A stretch of 34,017 nucleotides of DNA from Octopus bimaculoides (GCF_001194135.2 NC_068988.1:37874351-37908367); one strand, 5' to 3'. Positions 1 to 9,866 are shown, numbered from the stretch's first letter. The notes: generated by a model not told the origin, from the sequence alone. Numbers and translations are program-made.

Positions 1-830
1 TGTTCGAGTTTTCTTTGGTTGTTGCTGTGTTGTCTGTGTTTATCGCAGCGTTTTAGGGAGGGGCATGAGCCATTTTTTTTTTCGTGCAGTCGGAGCGAAC
101 GTGGCCCTTCTGTCCGCACTTAAAGCACCTTGGCTTACGTCCCTCCACCAATACATGAATAGTATGCCCCTCCCCTATGAAGACTATCTGGTAGATTTTC
201 TAGGGTAGAATTGTCTGCCTGAATCACCATTTCAAGGCTCTGGCCTTTCCAGTTCGTCGCCCCTTTCTTTCTCATGCTCAATATCGTTAGTTTCCCCTCT
301 ACATCATAGATTATTGCAGTTGCTACCCACATAACATCGAATCCCTCGGGTATATCCTCCACAGTGATTTTTGCCGTTCTGTGGCCTAAGTATGTAGGCA
401 GCAGCATTATCTGTTCGTTCTTCAAAGTCTGAGTTGAAACCTCCTTCGCTATGCTCGCCGACTCGAAGTGAGCTTCTATTGTAGCGCTTCTCACTCCTCG
501 GCTAACGTAGCGAATTTTGTTCCATATTTCGTTTTTTTACATCCGCTATTTTTTTTTTCTTTTATGTTATAAACTTTGTAGACTACGGTTTTTTTCCATA
601 TGGCTTCTATAGTTTCAGCGGGGCGGTACCAATTTTGTCTCTTCACCAGATTTCTGTATTAATTTTCTGAACTGGAAGAGTTTCTCCATTGATACAAGTT
701 CAATTACGTTACCGCCTACAGCGTCTGAGAAACTTTGTTTTGGTGTAACATCTTTTTTTCCTTCTCCCATCTCGGGGAAATCAGTTTTTGAAGATAATTC
801 AAATTCCATATCAGTACGAGAAACTTGTTA
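1..830 (-). pseudogene. ORF1 (gag-like, CCHC zinc knuckle) of a Tx1/L1-clade non-LTR retrotransposon, copy B; frameshifted, runs off the window edge
   Basis: ORFs 615-809 and 135-494 are collinear paralogues of ORFs 2436-2765 and 1918-2463 (FSDAVGG/FSTAVGG, ETKLVPP/ETRLIPP, AKEVSTQTLK/AKEVSTLTLK, YLGHRTAKIT/YLGRRTAKIT). Manual translation past a frameshift gives VEGRKPRCFKCGQKGHVRSDC, an intact C-X2-C-X4-H-X4-C knuckle at 86-127. Confidence 0.8.
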
Positions 831-1336
831 TAGCTTGCTAGTAGCCTTTTTAGGCCAGGGCTTTCTCTTCTATTGATCGAGCCACCACTATCCACTCGCA
901 CGTTGAGAATAGTGTTAAAGTCTTCTGTTAAAACTAAAGTTTTCGACGTCACTAGAAAATTTTCCAAGTCTTGAAAGAAAACCGTTTGTCTATTCTCTAG
1001 TGGAGCATAGACTGCTACCAACCTGAAAGACTGCTTACTCACGTATGTCACATCTAGAACGACCAGACTACCTTCTAGGTCTAGAAAGACTGTACTTACC
1101 TGTACATCCAAGTTTTTTTTTAACAGTACCACAACGCCCCCACTCCTTCCTTGACTCGGAGAAATAAATTTCTCGTAGTTGTTCAGAAGAGGCGAGAACG
1201 ACTGTGGGCCGTTCATCTTGGACTCAGTCACAACGCATATTTCTATCTTTCGCGACCTGAGGTCGTCTAGGAGGCATGTCTGCTTCCATTTTGACCCCAG
1301 GCCACATACATTTATGCATCCTAACTTAACTTCCAT
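830..1336 (-). pseudogene. Apurinic-like endonuclease (EEP/APE) N-terminus of Tx1/L1-clade ORF2, truncated
   Basis: ORF 716-1336 carries the APE motifs CINVCGL, ICVVTESK, SGGVVVL, FRLVAVYAP and LVLTEDFN (degenerate GDFN). Similarity stops at about LKRLLASYNK (~830), where ORF1 copy B begins. No RT follows. Confidence 0.9.
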
Positions 1337-1348
1337 GATAAAAAGCAG

Positions 1349-2765
1349 TTAGTTTACCTTTAAATTTGCAGGAGGGGCTTCACGACTTTCATCGTCCCCT
1401 CCTCCTGTATCTTCTTTGACTAGTGTAGCCATTGGTGTTAATATAATTTTTTCTTTTACAATACACTGACTCACATCATAAATATCTTCTGTATATCGTT
1501 GTTTAAATTGTTCATAATATTCTACACTGATCCTTGCCAACCGTATGTGTGGCAGTTTACCTTCAATAGGTCCCAACACCGTATAGTTTTTTTTGGTAAT
1601 TAATGCGTGTAACATTTCATTTTTTGAATTGTAAGAAACAATTCTTTCTTGTGGGGGTTTAGTAGCAGGTTTCAGTTTGGGAATGGATGGGGGTATTTTA
1701 TTTGTGTTTTGCGTATTGTCTTTTTTTTTCTTGAAGGGGGAGGGGAATCTGGACCAAGGGTTTTTTTTCCTTTTATTTGATACTACTTGGAACTCCATTT
1801 CTACCTTGCTTTTATCTTTTTCTATTGTGTTTACCGGCATTTTCGTTTTTCCTTGGTTGTCGTCTTTTCTCTGTTGAGTTTTCTCTGGTATTTTTTCCCT
1901 CCTTTTGGGGAGGGACTTTACTTTTTTTGTGTTGGTTTTTTTATTTTCTCACATTCAGAGCGGACCTGGCCCTTTTCACCACATTTGAAACATCTGGGCC
2001 TCCGTCCCTCCACCGACACTCTTGCACTGGGTCCCTCCCTTATGAAAATCCTGTCTGGTCTGGTTTCTAGGATTTCGTTGGAAGCTTGGACTAAGAGTTC
2101 TAGCATCTGCCCCTTCCAATTGAGTGCATTTCTTCTTTTCATAGATAGTATTTTGACTTGCTCTTCTACGTCGTATATTAATGCTGCTACCATCCAATAC
2201 ACGTCATACCCAGCCGGAATCTCCTCTATTGTAATTTTAGCAGTTCTCCGGCCAAGGTACGTGGCTAATAACATTATCTCGTATGTCTTTAAAGTTAGCG
2301 TAGATACCTCCTTTGCTACTTCGGCGTTTTCAAATTGAGCCTCTACTGTAGCATTTCGTGGCCCTCTTCCTACATATTTGATTTTTTCCCACACAGGGGC
2401 AAGGCACTTTTCAATTGTGTCAGTTTTCATCATCATTATCCGTTTCTCTTTACGGTTGTACACTTTTTAATTACAGTTTTTACTGCCAACTCTTGTATGG
2501 TTTCCTTTGGCGGTATTAACCTTGTTTCATTGTTGGTTCGCTTAATCAAATTTTTATATTTGAACCACTGTTCAGGTATTATTTCCATTTCTTCGAATTG
2601 TCCGCCAACAGCGGTTGAAAAATTATTCACCTTTTTTATTGCCTCGGTTACTTTTTGGTTACCTTGTAATACTTGAGTATTTTCTGGAACATTTTCTTCC
2701 TGTAAAAGTGGGAAGTCCTCATTGCACAATAGGAATTCTAGGTGCTTCGCCATTTCATCATCCAT
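1349..2765 (-). pseudogene. ORF1 of Tx1/L1-clade element, copy A, broken into three ORFs by two frameshifts
   Basis: ORFs 2436-2765, 1918-2463 and 1349-1840 join by frameshifts located in A-runs (~2465 and ~1925). The knuckle RPRCFKCGEKGQVRSEC has His changed to Gln. The last ORF ends 12 nt upstream of the APE ATG, the usual ORF1-ORF2 layout. Confidence 0.8.
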
Positions 2766-2989
2766 ATTGAAAGAAAATAAATTTTCCTTTCACGGGAACA
2801 CAGAAAAACAGTTCACAATCTCTTTACAAAGAGAGCAGAGAAAACAACTTTTTGCCCCGCAGGGCGCAAATTAACGTAATACAATGTTTAACAGTTCAAA
2901 TTCCAAAACAAGTTACAATAATCAGCAACATAAAAGTAACGATAATAATGGACAGAAATAACTCACTAAATGTAGAAGTAGCAACAAAA

Positions 2990-3407
2990 CATACGACAAT
3001 CACCGATCTTCAATGCGAAGGCGTCCCAATGCAAATACATATATACTTTTTCCAGTGATGAAAATTCACTGATCTCAAAAAAGTGATAACAAGCAATGTT
3101 AAATCTCTGAACGTGAAGTATATTTGCCACTTAAATGAGATGAATATTACTGTTACTTTTAGCCCCAGGAGAACATCTCCTCCAGCTGGCTATTGACACA
3201 CATCTGTGCCCTGTCGGTATCCTGGGGCTAAAAGCAACAGTAACATTCACCCTGCACGTTCTCATGCAGTTACTGTTTATACCTCGTTAGAGATTTAACA
3301 TTGCTTGTTTTCACTTTATCGAGATCAGTGAATTTTCGTCACTGGAAAAAGTAGAGATGTATTTGCATTGGAACCCCTTCGCATCGAAGATCGGTGATTG
3401 TCATACG
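2990..3407. repeat. Inverted repeat, ~124-bp arms (2990-3113 / 3285-3407); probable Penelope pseudo-LTR fragments in opposite orientation
   Basis: CATACGACAATCACCGATC...GTTAAATCTCTGAACG is the reverse complement, with scattered mismatches, of CGTTAGAGATTTAAC...GATCGGTGATTGTCATACG. It abuts a Penelope RT relic and the right arm runs into a hammerhead core. The pLTR identity is inference. Confidence 0.85.
3141..3249. repeat. Inner inverted repeat, 30-bp arms (3141-3170 / 3220-3249)
   Basis: TGAATATTACTGTTACTTTTAGCCCCAGGA versus TCCTGGGGCTAAAAGCAACAGTAACATTCA: 28/30 complementary. Confidence 0.9.
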
Positions 3408-3452
3408 CTGACGAAGGGTAAATACCCAGAAACTCGAGTCCGTGCGTATCAC
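3394..3452 (+). ncRNA. Candidate minimal type I hammerhead ribozyme (Penelope-associated)
   Basis: Core CTGACGA 3408-3414; stem II GGGT-AAAT-ACCC 3416-3427; GAAA 3429-3432; stem III AC-TCGA-GT (palindrome ACTCGAGT 3432-3439); cleavage triplet GTC 3438-3440. Stem I is TACG/CGTG plus GTGAT/ATCAC (3394-3398/3448-3452). The base of stem II is an A-A mismatch. Confidence 0.75.
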
Positions 3453-3529
3453 ATAAGATCAAGATGGGAAGGATGACTTCCCTTTGCAAATACTGACAGA
3501 GCACAGATGTGTGTCAATAGCCAGCTGGT

Positions 3530-4788
3530 GCTTCCTTTTGTGGGTGCTAGGGTCTGGTATGTAGATGTGGTCTTTAAACCTACTGGACACCAGCACCTTG
3601 TAGTAGGGGGTGTTGGCATCGATATCTGGACTAGAGGATAGATTCAAGATCCTCTTGCTGACACCCTTCACTACGTTCTTGAACACATAGAGAGGTGCCA
3701 AGAGTCTGTGTTGATATAGGACAGCCTCTTGTTTGGCTTGTGATAGGGCCTGTGTGTACCAGAGCCCAAGTATAAAGTGATGTCTAGGAAGTCTACAGTG
3801 GTGAGAGTCATCTTGATAGTAATTTTGAGTCCCATGGATCCTAGGGTGCTAATCAGGTCCTTTCTAAGCTTATCGAGTGTGTGCCCGTTGACCCAGACCA
3901 AAGGGAATTTCTTCCCTAAGGTATCCAGGATGTATAGTCCAATTAGATCACACATCGGCACGGTTGTAGGCTCCCATTGCCACATTGAAGGAACTCTTAG
4001 GGTCAGACTGCTTGACCCACATTGAATTTTTATTGAACAGCACCATTTTCGTGACATGCATGATAATGTCTATTTCTCTATCACTAATGTCTGTGAAGCC
4101 CTTAACAAAGGAAAGTTCCTTTAGCAGCAACCTTTTTGAAATCAATGGGTTAAAATCAACTGTTGAATTGTGTGAACCTTGCTCTGCCTGGTTGACATTA
4201 AACCATGGGGTCACCTCTTTGGTGCTGCACCACAGAGAGAGGCCGGAGGCTCTACCTATGTCATTGTAGATCTTCCTCAGTATATGCTTGCTCACCTGGC
4301 CAATCTTGGATTTGGCAAGGTTGATCAAGTGGCATTTGAGGTTAGAAGCAAAGTTCAGCTTGTGATTTTTTATTGTGATGAAGGCATTTCTCTTGGTTAA
4401 AATTTTTACCTTGTCTGCAATACCTAGGCTGATTGCTATCTGTTTGGCTTTACATGTTTTTAGTCTTATCCAAGAAAATTAAGGACTTGTCAGAATTTTT
4501 TAGCTGTTTTATGTCTTCACAGAGTTTGCGTTGAAAAGAGGAAGAAGACTTAGGGAACTTTAGCCTGGGTACGATGCCCAGTAGGGCCACTTCGAAGGCT
4601 TTGAGTTCTTTGATTCTTGGTGAGAACCTCCTACACCTGATTCCGTACATATTGGCTTTGGAGGGTAGCATGCCTTATTTGTAGAAATAGGCCTTCCACC
4701 TCATGTGCTGTATGAGGTCTATCATTTTCTCTAGAAGCATTTTCGTATAGACCTCATTGGATGGTGTTAGGATATTCTTTGCAGAATA
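3530..4788 (-). pseudogene. Penelope-like element reverse transcriptase, degraded; GIY-YIG domain absent
   Basis: Fragmented frames give YSAKNILTPS..MRWKAYFY (manual translation), FQRKLCEDIK..LDKTKNM, INLAKSKIGQVSKHIL, FNVAMGAYNRADV, CDLIGLYIL, GLKITI..VDFLDITL and RPYHKPN, the usual motif order of a PLE ORF. There are many frameshifts and the YRDD-type catalytic segment is missing. Confidence 0.9.
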
Positions 4789-5000
4789 TTATGATTGATA
4801 GATATCATAGACAATCCACAAAGTCTTTCCTATGCCATAGTGGACCGCAGGTATGGTTTAATCAACTTTAATTTGGAGAAACTGCGCTCTCCATTTGCAA
4901 CGCTCTCAGGTATTGAAAGGATAATTCGGAGAGCCAGTGACACATTAGGGAAAATCTCTATAAGGCCAGATTTCTGAATATAATTGACCACATCTTCTCC
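4789..5000 (-). pseudogene. hAT transposase C-terminal dimerisation domain fragment (not in the ORF track)
   Basis: Manual translation: DVVNYIQKSGLIEIFPNVSLALRIILSIPESVANGERSFSKLKLIKPYLRSTMA*ERLCGLSMISINH. This matches the FPN..ALRI.L..P.SVA.GERSFSKLKLIK.YLRSTM.QERL signature. One TAG at 4830-4832. Confidence 0.9.
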
Positions 5001-5004
5001 ATAT

Positions 5005-5950
5005 GGAATATAATCGACCCGTCTTCTTCATATGGAAAAAGAATGGGATACTGCAGGGCGTTGTATGAACGATGTGTCACAGTAATACGTTGAAGACCAC
5101 TGTCACGTCTTTGAATAATTATGTCTCGCTTATTGTGCTGTTCACCATGGAGAAATACAGCCACTTCATTGCATGAAGGAGTGTTATAACGGTGTGTGTA
5201 TTCCCCAGAAGGTCTTTTATCAGCATCGACGACAATGGTGAAGTTTGGTGAAGGGGCTGTTTCCAAGGCGTATTTGAAACTGGGAATATAGCTGTTGTGC
5301 TCATGAAGCATGTTTTGCAGACTGCGCAGCACGTCCCTGTCAAAAGTGTCAGCGTCAGTGTTTGCAGGTCGTGGAATAACGCCGAACCGCACATCAAGTT
5401 GCCTACTGTAGTTCGGAATAAAGTAAAGTAAATTTGGAGGAACGAAGGCTTGCAATTTTGTAGTGGCTGGAGCGACCCAATAAGATGGTACACCTGTCCC
5501 TGGACCTTGAAAGTAGGCATCCAACCACTGTCTGTGACAACGTTAGCCCCGAAAGAAGTCATCTGAAGCACACAATTGTAATTCCTGATGATCTGAAGGA
5601 ATTTGGATGACCTTGAAGTAGAAGCAGTAAGTAGTTCCTTCAAATGCTGTGGCGGTTGCAGAAGAGGGGGCAAGCTGACCTTACTGTTTAAGCAGCACAT
5701 TCCAGATGGCTCTCCAGCAGAATTTCATATATCTATGTCAGCATATTTAGCATTGCATATATTTATGTCAGCGCGGATGGAGTAATTAAAGTTGGGCTCA
5801 TACTTGAAAGCCCACGGGCAGCTCTTGCCATCGGCTGTTCGGCTGCAACATAGAACGCTGCTCATGTTGGTCGTGGAAAGGTCTCGCAGCAGTAGCAGAA
5901 GCTACATTTGCAATGGTAAAGGACCACCCATCTGCATCTTCAGAAGCCAT
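5005..5950 (-). pseudogene. Helitron RepHel N-terminal region fragment (upstream of the HUH motifs)
   Basis: AFKYEPNFNY (manual), GEPSGMCCLNSKVSLPPL, IRNYNCVLQMTSFGA, TFKVQGQVYHLIGSL, FLQIYF, RYNTPSCNEVAV, RDIII, HRSYNALQYPILFPYEEDG. Frameshifted between ORFs 5119-5700 and 4958-5524. Confidence 0.9.
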
Positions 5951-5951
5951 G

Positions 5952-5961
5952 NNNNNNNNNN
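5952..5961. other. Assembly gap
   Basis: Run of N. Confidence 1.
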
Positions 5962-6259
5962 CCCTCTGAAGCCCTGGAAGCAGCATTAGCAGCAGTGTTC
6001 CTAGCCAGGTGAGTCACCCTTTGTTCTGGGCCCTCTGTAACCCTGGAAGCAGCATTGTATGAAACCATTTTGGCTAGGCGTACAGTGCGCTGTTGGAAAC
6101 TTTCAGCAGCTAGCATTTTGCTGAACGTAAGGCGCTCTGTGAAAGTCTAAAAGCAGTTTGGTCGGAGGACTTTAAAAAAGATTTTCAAATAACTCAGTTT
6201 GTAGGGAATAACTGTTTGTTGATCATATTTGAAAAAGATGTGTTGCTATATTTTTTTTA

Positions 6260-6800
6260 TTTTTTTTATCTTGGTGTTATCTAGGATTAGATAGGAAGTT
6301 CTTTTTATGGTCTTTAATAGTTATAAAGGCTTCTTTTTTGGGAAGGACCTCTATATTTTTTATCTAATTTAAGTCTGATGGCGATGATGCGAGCTTTTTT
6401 ATTAATGTCATTATAAATTTGTGGCCTAGCTTTAATGTAATTATTAATAATGCTGTTGTGTAGGAGTCATGAATATGTGCTGTTTTCTACAAGGTATGAA
6501 TTCTTGGTTTTATCAGAAAAAAGTGCCGTTGTTTTGGATATCTTTTTTCAGTTTCGGTTGGAAAGCGTTAAAAGACGCAATTTTATTTTGTTTATGAGCT
6601 TCAGTAGATCCACTTCGAAGTCTTCCAAGCCTTTGATTTTTGGAGAGAATTTCTTAGATTTAATTCCGTAGAATATGTTCTCTGTACTGTCCTCTTCCAT
6701 ATTGTAAAAGAAAACTATCCATCTCATACGCTTAATAAGGTCTGTAATTTTCTCCAAAAGTTTTATTATGGCAACCGAATTGTCACACATTATATTACAG
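6260..6800 (-). pseudogene. Second Penelope-like element, N-terminal fragment (AT-rich subfamily)
   Basis: LLEKITDLIKRMRW..YGIKSKKFSPKIK..FEVDLLKLI (ORF 6548-6790), continuing by manual translation as SDKTKNSY..INKKARIIAIRLKLD..AFITIKDHKKNF. Homologous to the 4450-4788 segment. Confidence 0.85.
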
Positions 6801-6892
6801 ATAAATTCCTCTATTTACATAATATTGAGGTCTCATTCTTTCTTTTGGTGTCATACTATTATGTGAGGAAGCGGGGTGGTAGGGTGAGTAGG

Positions 6893-7631
6893 NNNNNNNN
6901 NNNNNNNNNNNNNNNNNNNNNNNNNNNNNNNNNNNNNNNNNNNNNNNNNNNNNNNNNNNNNNNNNNNNNNNNNNNNNNNNNNNNNNNNNNNNNNNNNNNN
7001 NNNNNNNNNNNNNNNNNNNNNNNNNNNNNNNNNNNNNNNNNNNNNNNNNNNNNNNNNNNNNNNNNNNNNNNNNNNNNNNNNNNNNNNNNNNNNNNNNNNN
7101 NNNNNNNNNNNNNNNNNNNNNNNNNNNNNNNNNNNNNNNNNNNNNNNNNNNNNNNNNNNNNNNNNNNNNNNNNNNNNNNNNNNNNNNNNNNNNNNNNNNN
7201 NNNNNNNNNNNNNNNNNNNNNNNNNNNNNNNNNNNNNNNNNNNNNNNNNNNNNNNNNNNNNNNNNNNNNNNNNNNNNNNNNNNNNNNNNNNNNNNNNNNN
7301 NNNNNNNNNNNNNNNNNNNNNNNNNNNNNNNNNNNNNNNNNNNNNNNNNNNNNNNNNNNNNNNNNNNNNNNNNNNNNNNNNNNNNNNNNNNNNNNNNNNN
7401 NNNNNNNNNNNNNNNNNNNNNNNNNNNNNNNNNNNNNNNNNNNNNNNNNNNNNNNNNNNNNNNNNNNNNNNNNNNNNNNNNNNNNNNNNNNNNNNNNNNN
7501 NNNNNNNNNNNNNNNNNNNNNNNNNNNNNNNNNNNNNNNNNNNNNNNNNNNNNNNNNNNNNNNNNNNNNNNNNNNNNNNNNNNNNNNNNNNNNNNNNNNN
7601 NNNNNNNNNNNNNNNNNNNNNNNNNNNNNNN
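6893..7631. other. Assembly gap
   Basis: Run of N, flanked on the right by (TA)n. Confidence 1.
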
Positions 7632-7666
<35 letters not shown>

Positions 7667-7789
7667 CCAAGCACTCATACCTAATGCAATCAAGGGTCTC
7701 CAGAATTTCTTAAAACACCCCACTCCTTCAAGTCAGTACCTCTCGGCAGACAATATTCTTAGTAACAGTTTGCCCTCTTCTCCTTCCTT

Positions 7790-9570
7790 GTCTGTCTGTC
7801 TTCTTCACCCTAACCCTTACATCTGAAAGTTTGAGACCTCAAGAGTATGCCACATACAACTGCCCCTGACTGAACTCGGGCTGAGGTAGCAATCTCACCT
7901 TCTCAATAGTCATGGCATATGACAAATGGACAGGAAACTGGGTTCTCTCCAAGGTGAATGGCAAGTTAGGGTCACCTGGAGACAGCTTTATTCTGGGGTT
8001 GAGGACACGTCTGCCAATTAGTGAGCCACTAATCAAGGAATCCTTGATTGAATGTTGATGCATGGCCATCACTTCCCGTCTTGTACCATTGCAGAGTCCA
8101 TTTATTTTGTTCATGAGCTTCAGTAGGTCCGCTTCGAAGTCTTTGATTTTTGGAGAGAATTTCTTTGATTTAATTCCATACAGTATGTTCTCTGTAGTGT
8201 CCTCTTCTATGTTGTAAAAGAAAGCTTTCCATCTCATACATTTAATAAGTCTGTAATTTTCTCCAAGATAAAAATGTTACGAAGAAGCATTACTATTGAG
8301 TTGAGTTTTAGACTCAATATATGAGGAGGCATTCCGTATAGTGTCAAAGAGTTTAGAAATTCAAATGGATAGCGCTCAGCCTCAGCAGGATCAACTTTCA
8401 AAACTTTATCTGTACTATAATAGGTGTGGCGGTCACCTGGAAGTTGTCTCAAAACTTTTTCATTGATCAGGAGGCAGTCTGAGTTCTTTGGCAAAAGAAT
8501 TACTCTACTTCTCTCTTCCTCAGATGTATTGTTGAAGATGTCGTCCACCACAGGAGCCGCCAACGCATGAAACTTGTAGCACTTCTATATCATCAACGTC
8601 ATCAACAGCAAGATTATGATCTTGTGGCGCTGCATATGTCTCATTGCCAAGATGCAAGAGCCATGCTGCAATTCCCTTTGATATGCTGCTGTCCTGATGT
8701 TTTGGCTTAATCACTATTGGATAAAATTCAGCCATAGAGGAGAATTTATACAGATTTCAATAATTGCTTCACGAGTTCCTCTTGGCAATATGGATAGGAT
8801 TTGCCTAAAGTCTTCCCCCAAGAGCACAACTTTACCACCAAAAACAGCAGCAATGCCAGTGATATCTTGCAAGGCTTTATCAAAAGCATGAAGAGCAAAT
8901 GAAGGGATCATAGAAGCCTCATCGAAAATAATCAAATCCAGGTTTCGCAAAAGATTTGCATGGTCTGAAGTGGTTGGTACATTACAAACACTAGCCTCCG
9001 TGAGTGGGACAAGCAATTTGAACAAACTATGGATAGTCTTTCCACCTGACAGTAGTGTACAGGCAATGGCTGTCCAATCACCACTGTACACGTTGCAGTT
9101 GTTCCTTTGCAGATAAGAAATTATGATATTAAACATAAGTTTTACCACAACCTCCTGGTGCATCTACATAGAAACAGAAGTGGTTGGGAACATCACCTCT
9201 CCTCTTCTTATCTATAGATTCAAGCACAGCATTATCAATCGGTTTCTGTTCATCAGTAAGTGTTGCAATGCCTGGGTGATCGAGTCTTCATGATGGTCAA
9301 GCTGTGGTACTCCAACAGGTTATGGCAGCCCAAATTGAGTGCAGTGTCATGTTTTCTGCATGTTCTGTAGTAAATCTTCAATTGAGGATTCCTTGTGTGT
9401 GGTCCACAGGTGAAGAGCATTTGCAGAGTTCATATACATGCACAGGGCAGCACACATAACACATAACTGTAAGGGCATCTGAGAGGCAGTTACTTCTAGC
9501 AATGCCTTTTCCAGTGTGTCATCGTTTGAGAGATGACCATATCTCAGGCATGCTGCCTTAAATGTTTAAT
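7790..9570 (-). pseudogene. Helitron Pif1-family helicase region, degraded
   Basis: FKAACLRYGHLSNDD (manual), Walker A YVDAPGGCGKTY (~9135-9170, manual), GGKTIHSLFKL, IIFDEASM, FGGKVVLLGEDFRQIL, ILLPKN, YPFEFLNSL..GMPPHILSLK..IVMLLRN, NGLCNGTR, QFPVHLSYAMTI, FSQGQLYVAYS. Confidence 0.92.
8101..8266 (-). mobile_element. 166-bp Penelope N-terminal fragment inserted inside the Helitron helicase
   Basis: Aligns with 6582-6757 (one 9-nt and one 1-nt deletion plus substitutions). It sits between helicase LLRNI and NGLCNGTR. Confidence 0.9.
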
Positions 9571-9866
9571 TCTTTATTCAAGCACTCAGGCTCTTACATA
9601 GAGAGGACAGCACAAGGACAGACAGAACACCTCAGTGGGGACAAAAATAAAACTAATGAAATGAGCAAAATGTTATATAATGAATGAGGATGAAATGGCT
9701 GCCTGAGCCCCACTCTCAAGCAGTACCATTTGAACGTTTTTACAGACAGTTTCTGATCTTTTCTTTATTCTTTTGTTGCTTTCGTTAGCATCGTTTTTTT
9801 TTTTAATAAAATTTTAATTACTCTTTTTTTTTAAAAAAAAAAACACCATAGTTCACATAGTGATCC

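Noticed and set aside
1677-2676. Hydrophobic + strand ORFs (1677-1877, 1777-2070, 1787-2338, 2335-2676) that look like membrane proteins
   Set aside because: They are antisense shadows of the A-rich, Lys-rich minus-strand ORF1.
6795-7723. Long ORFs of 216-291 aa here and similar ORFs at 9818-10549, 28239-28473 and 31872-32237
   Set aside because: They are runs of N translated as X plus microsatellite flanks; assembly-gap artefacts.
830-9200. Apparent recurrent G-to-A changes in conserved Gly/Asp codons (GDFN to EDFN, GGDF to GEDF, YGED to YEED, YDAL to YNAL), suggesting deaminase hypermutation
   Set aside because: Ancestral codons are guessed from protein motifs and a general GC-to-AT bias explains them. 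It cannot be assessed without family consensus sequences.
9236-9258. CTGATGA-ACA-GAAAC on the minus strand
   Set aside because: There is no room for stem II, and it is Helitron coding sequence (LTDEQKP).
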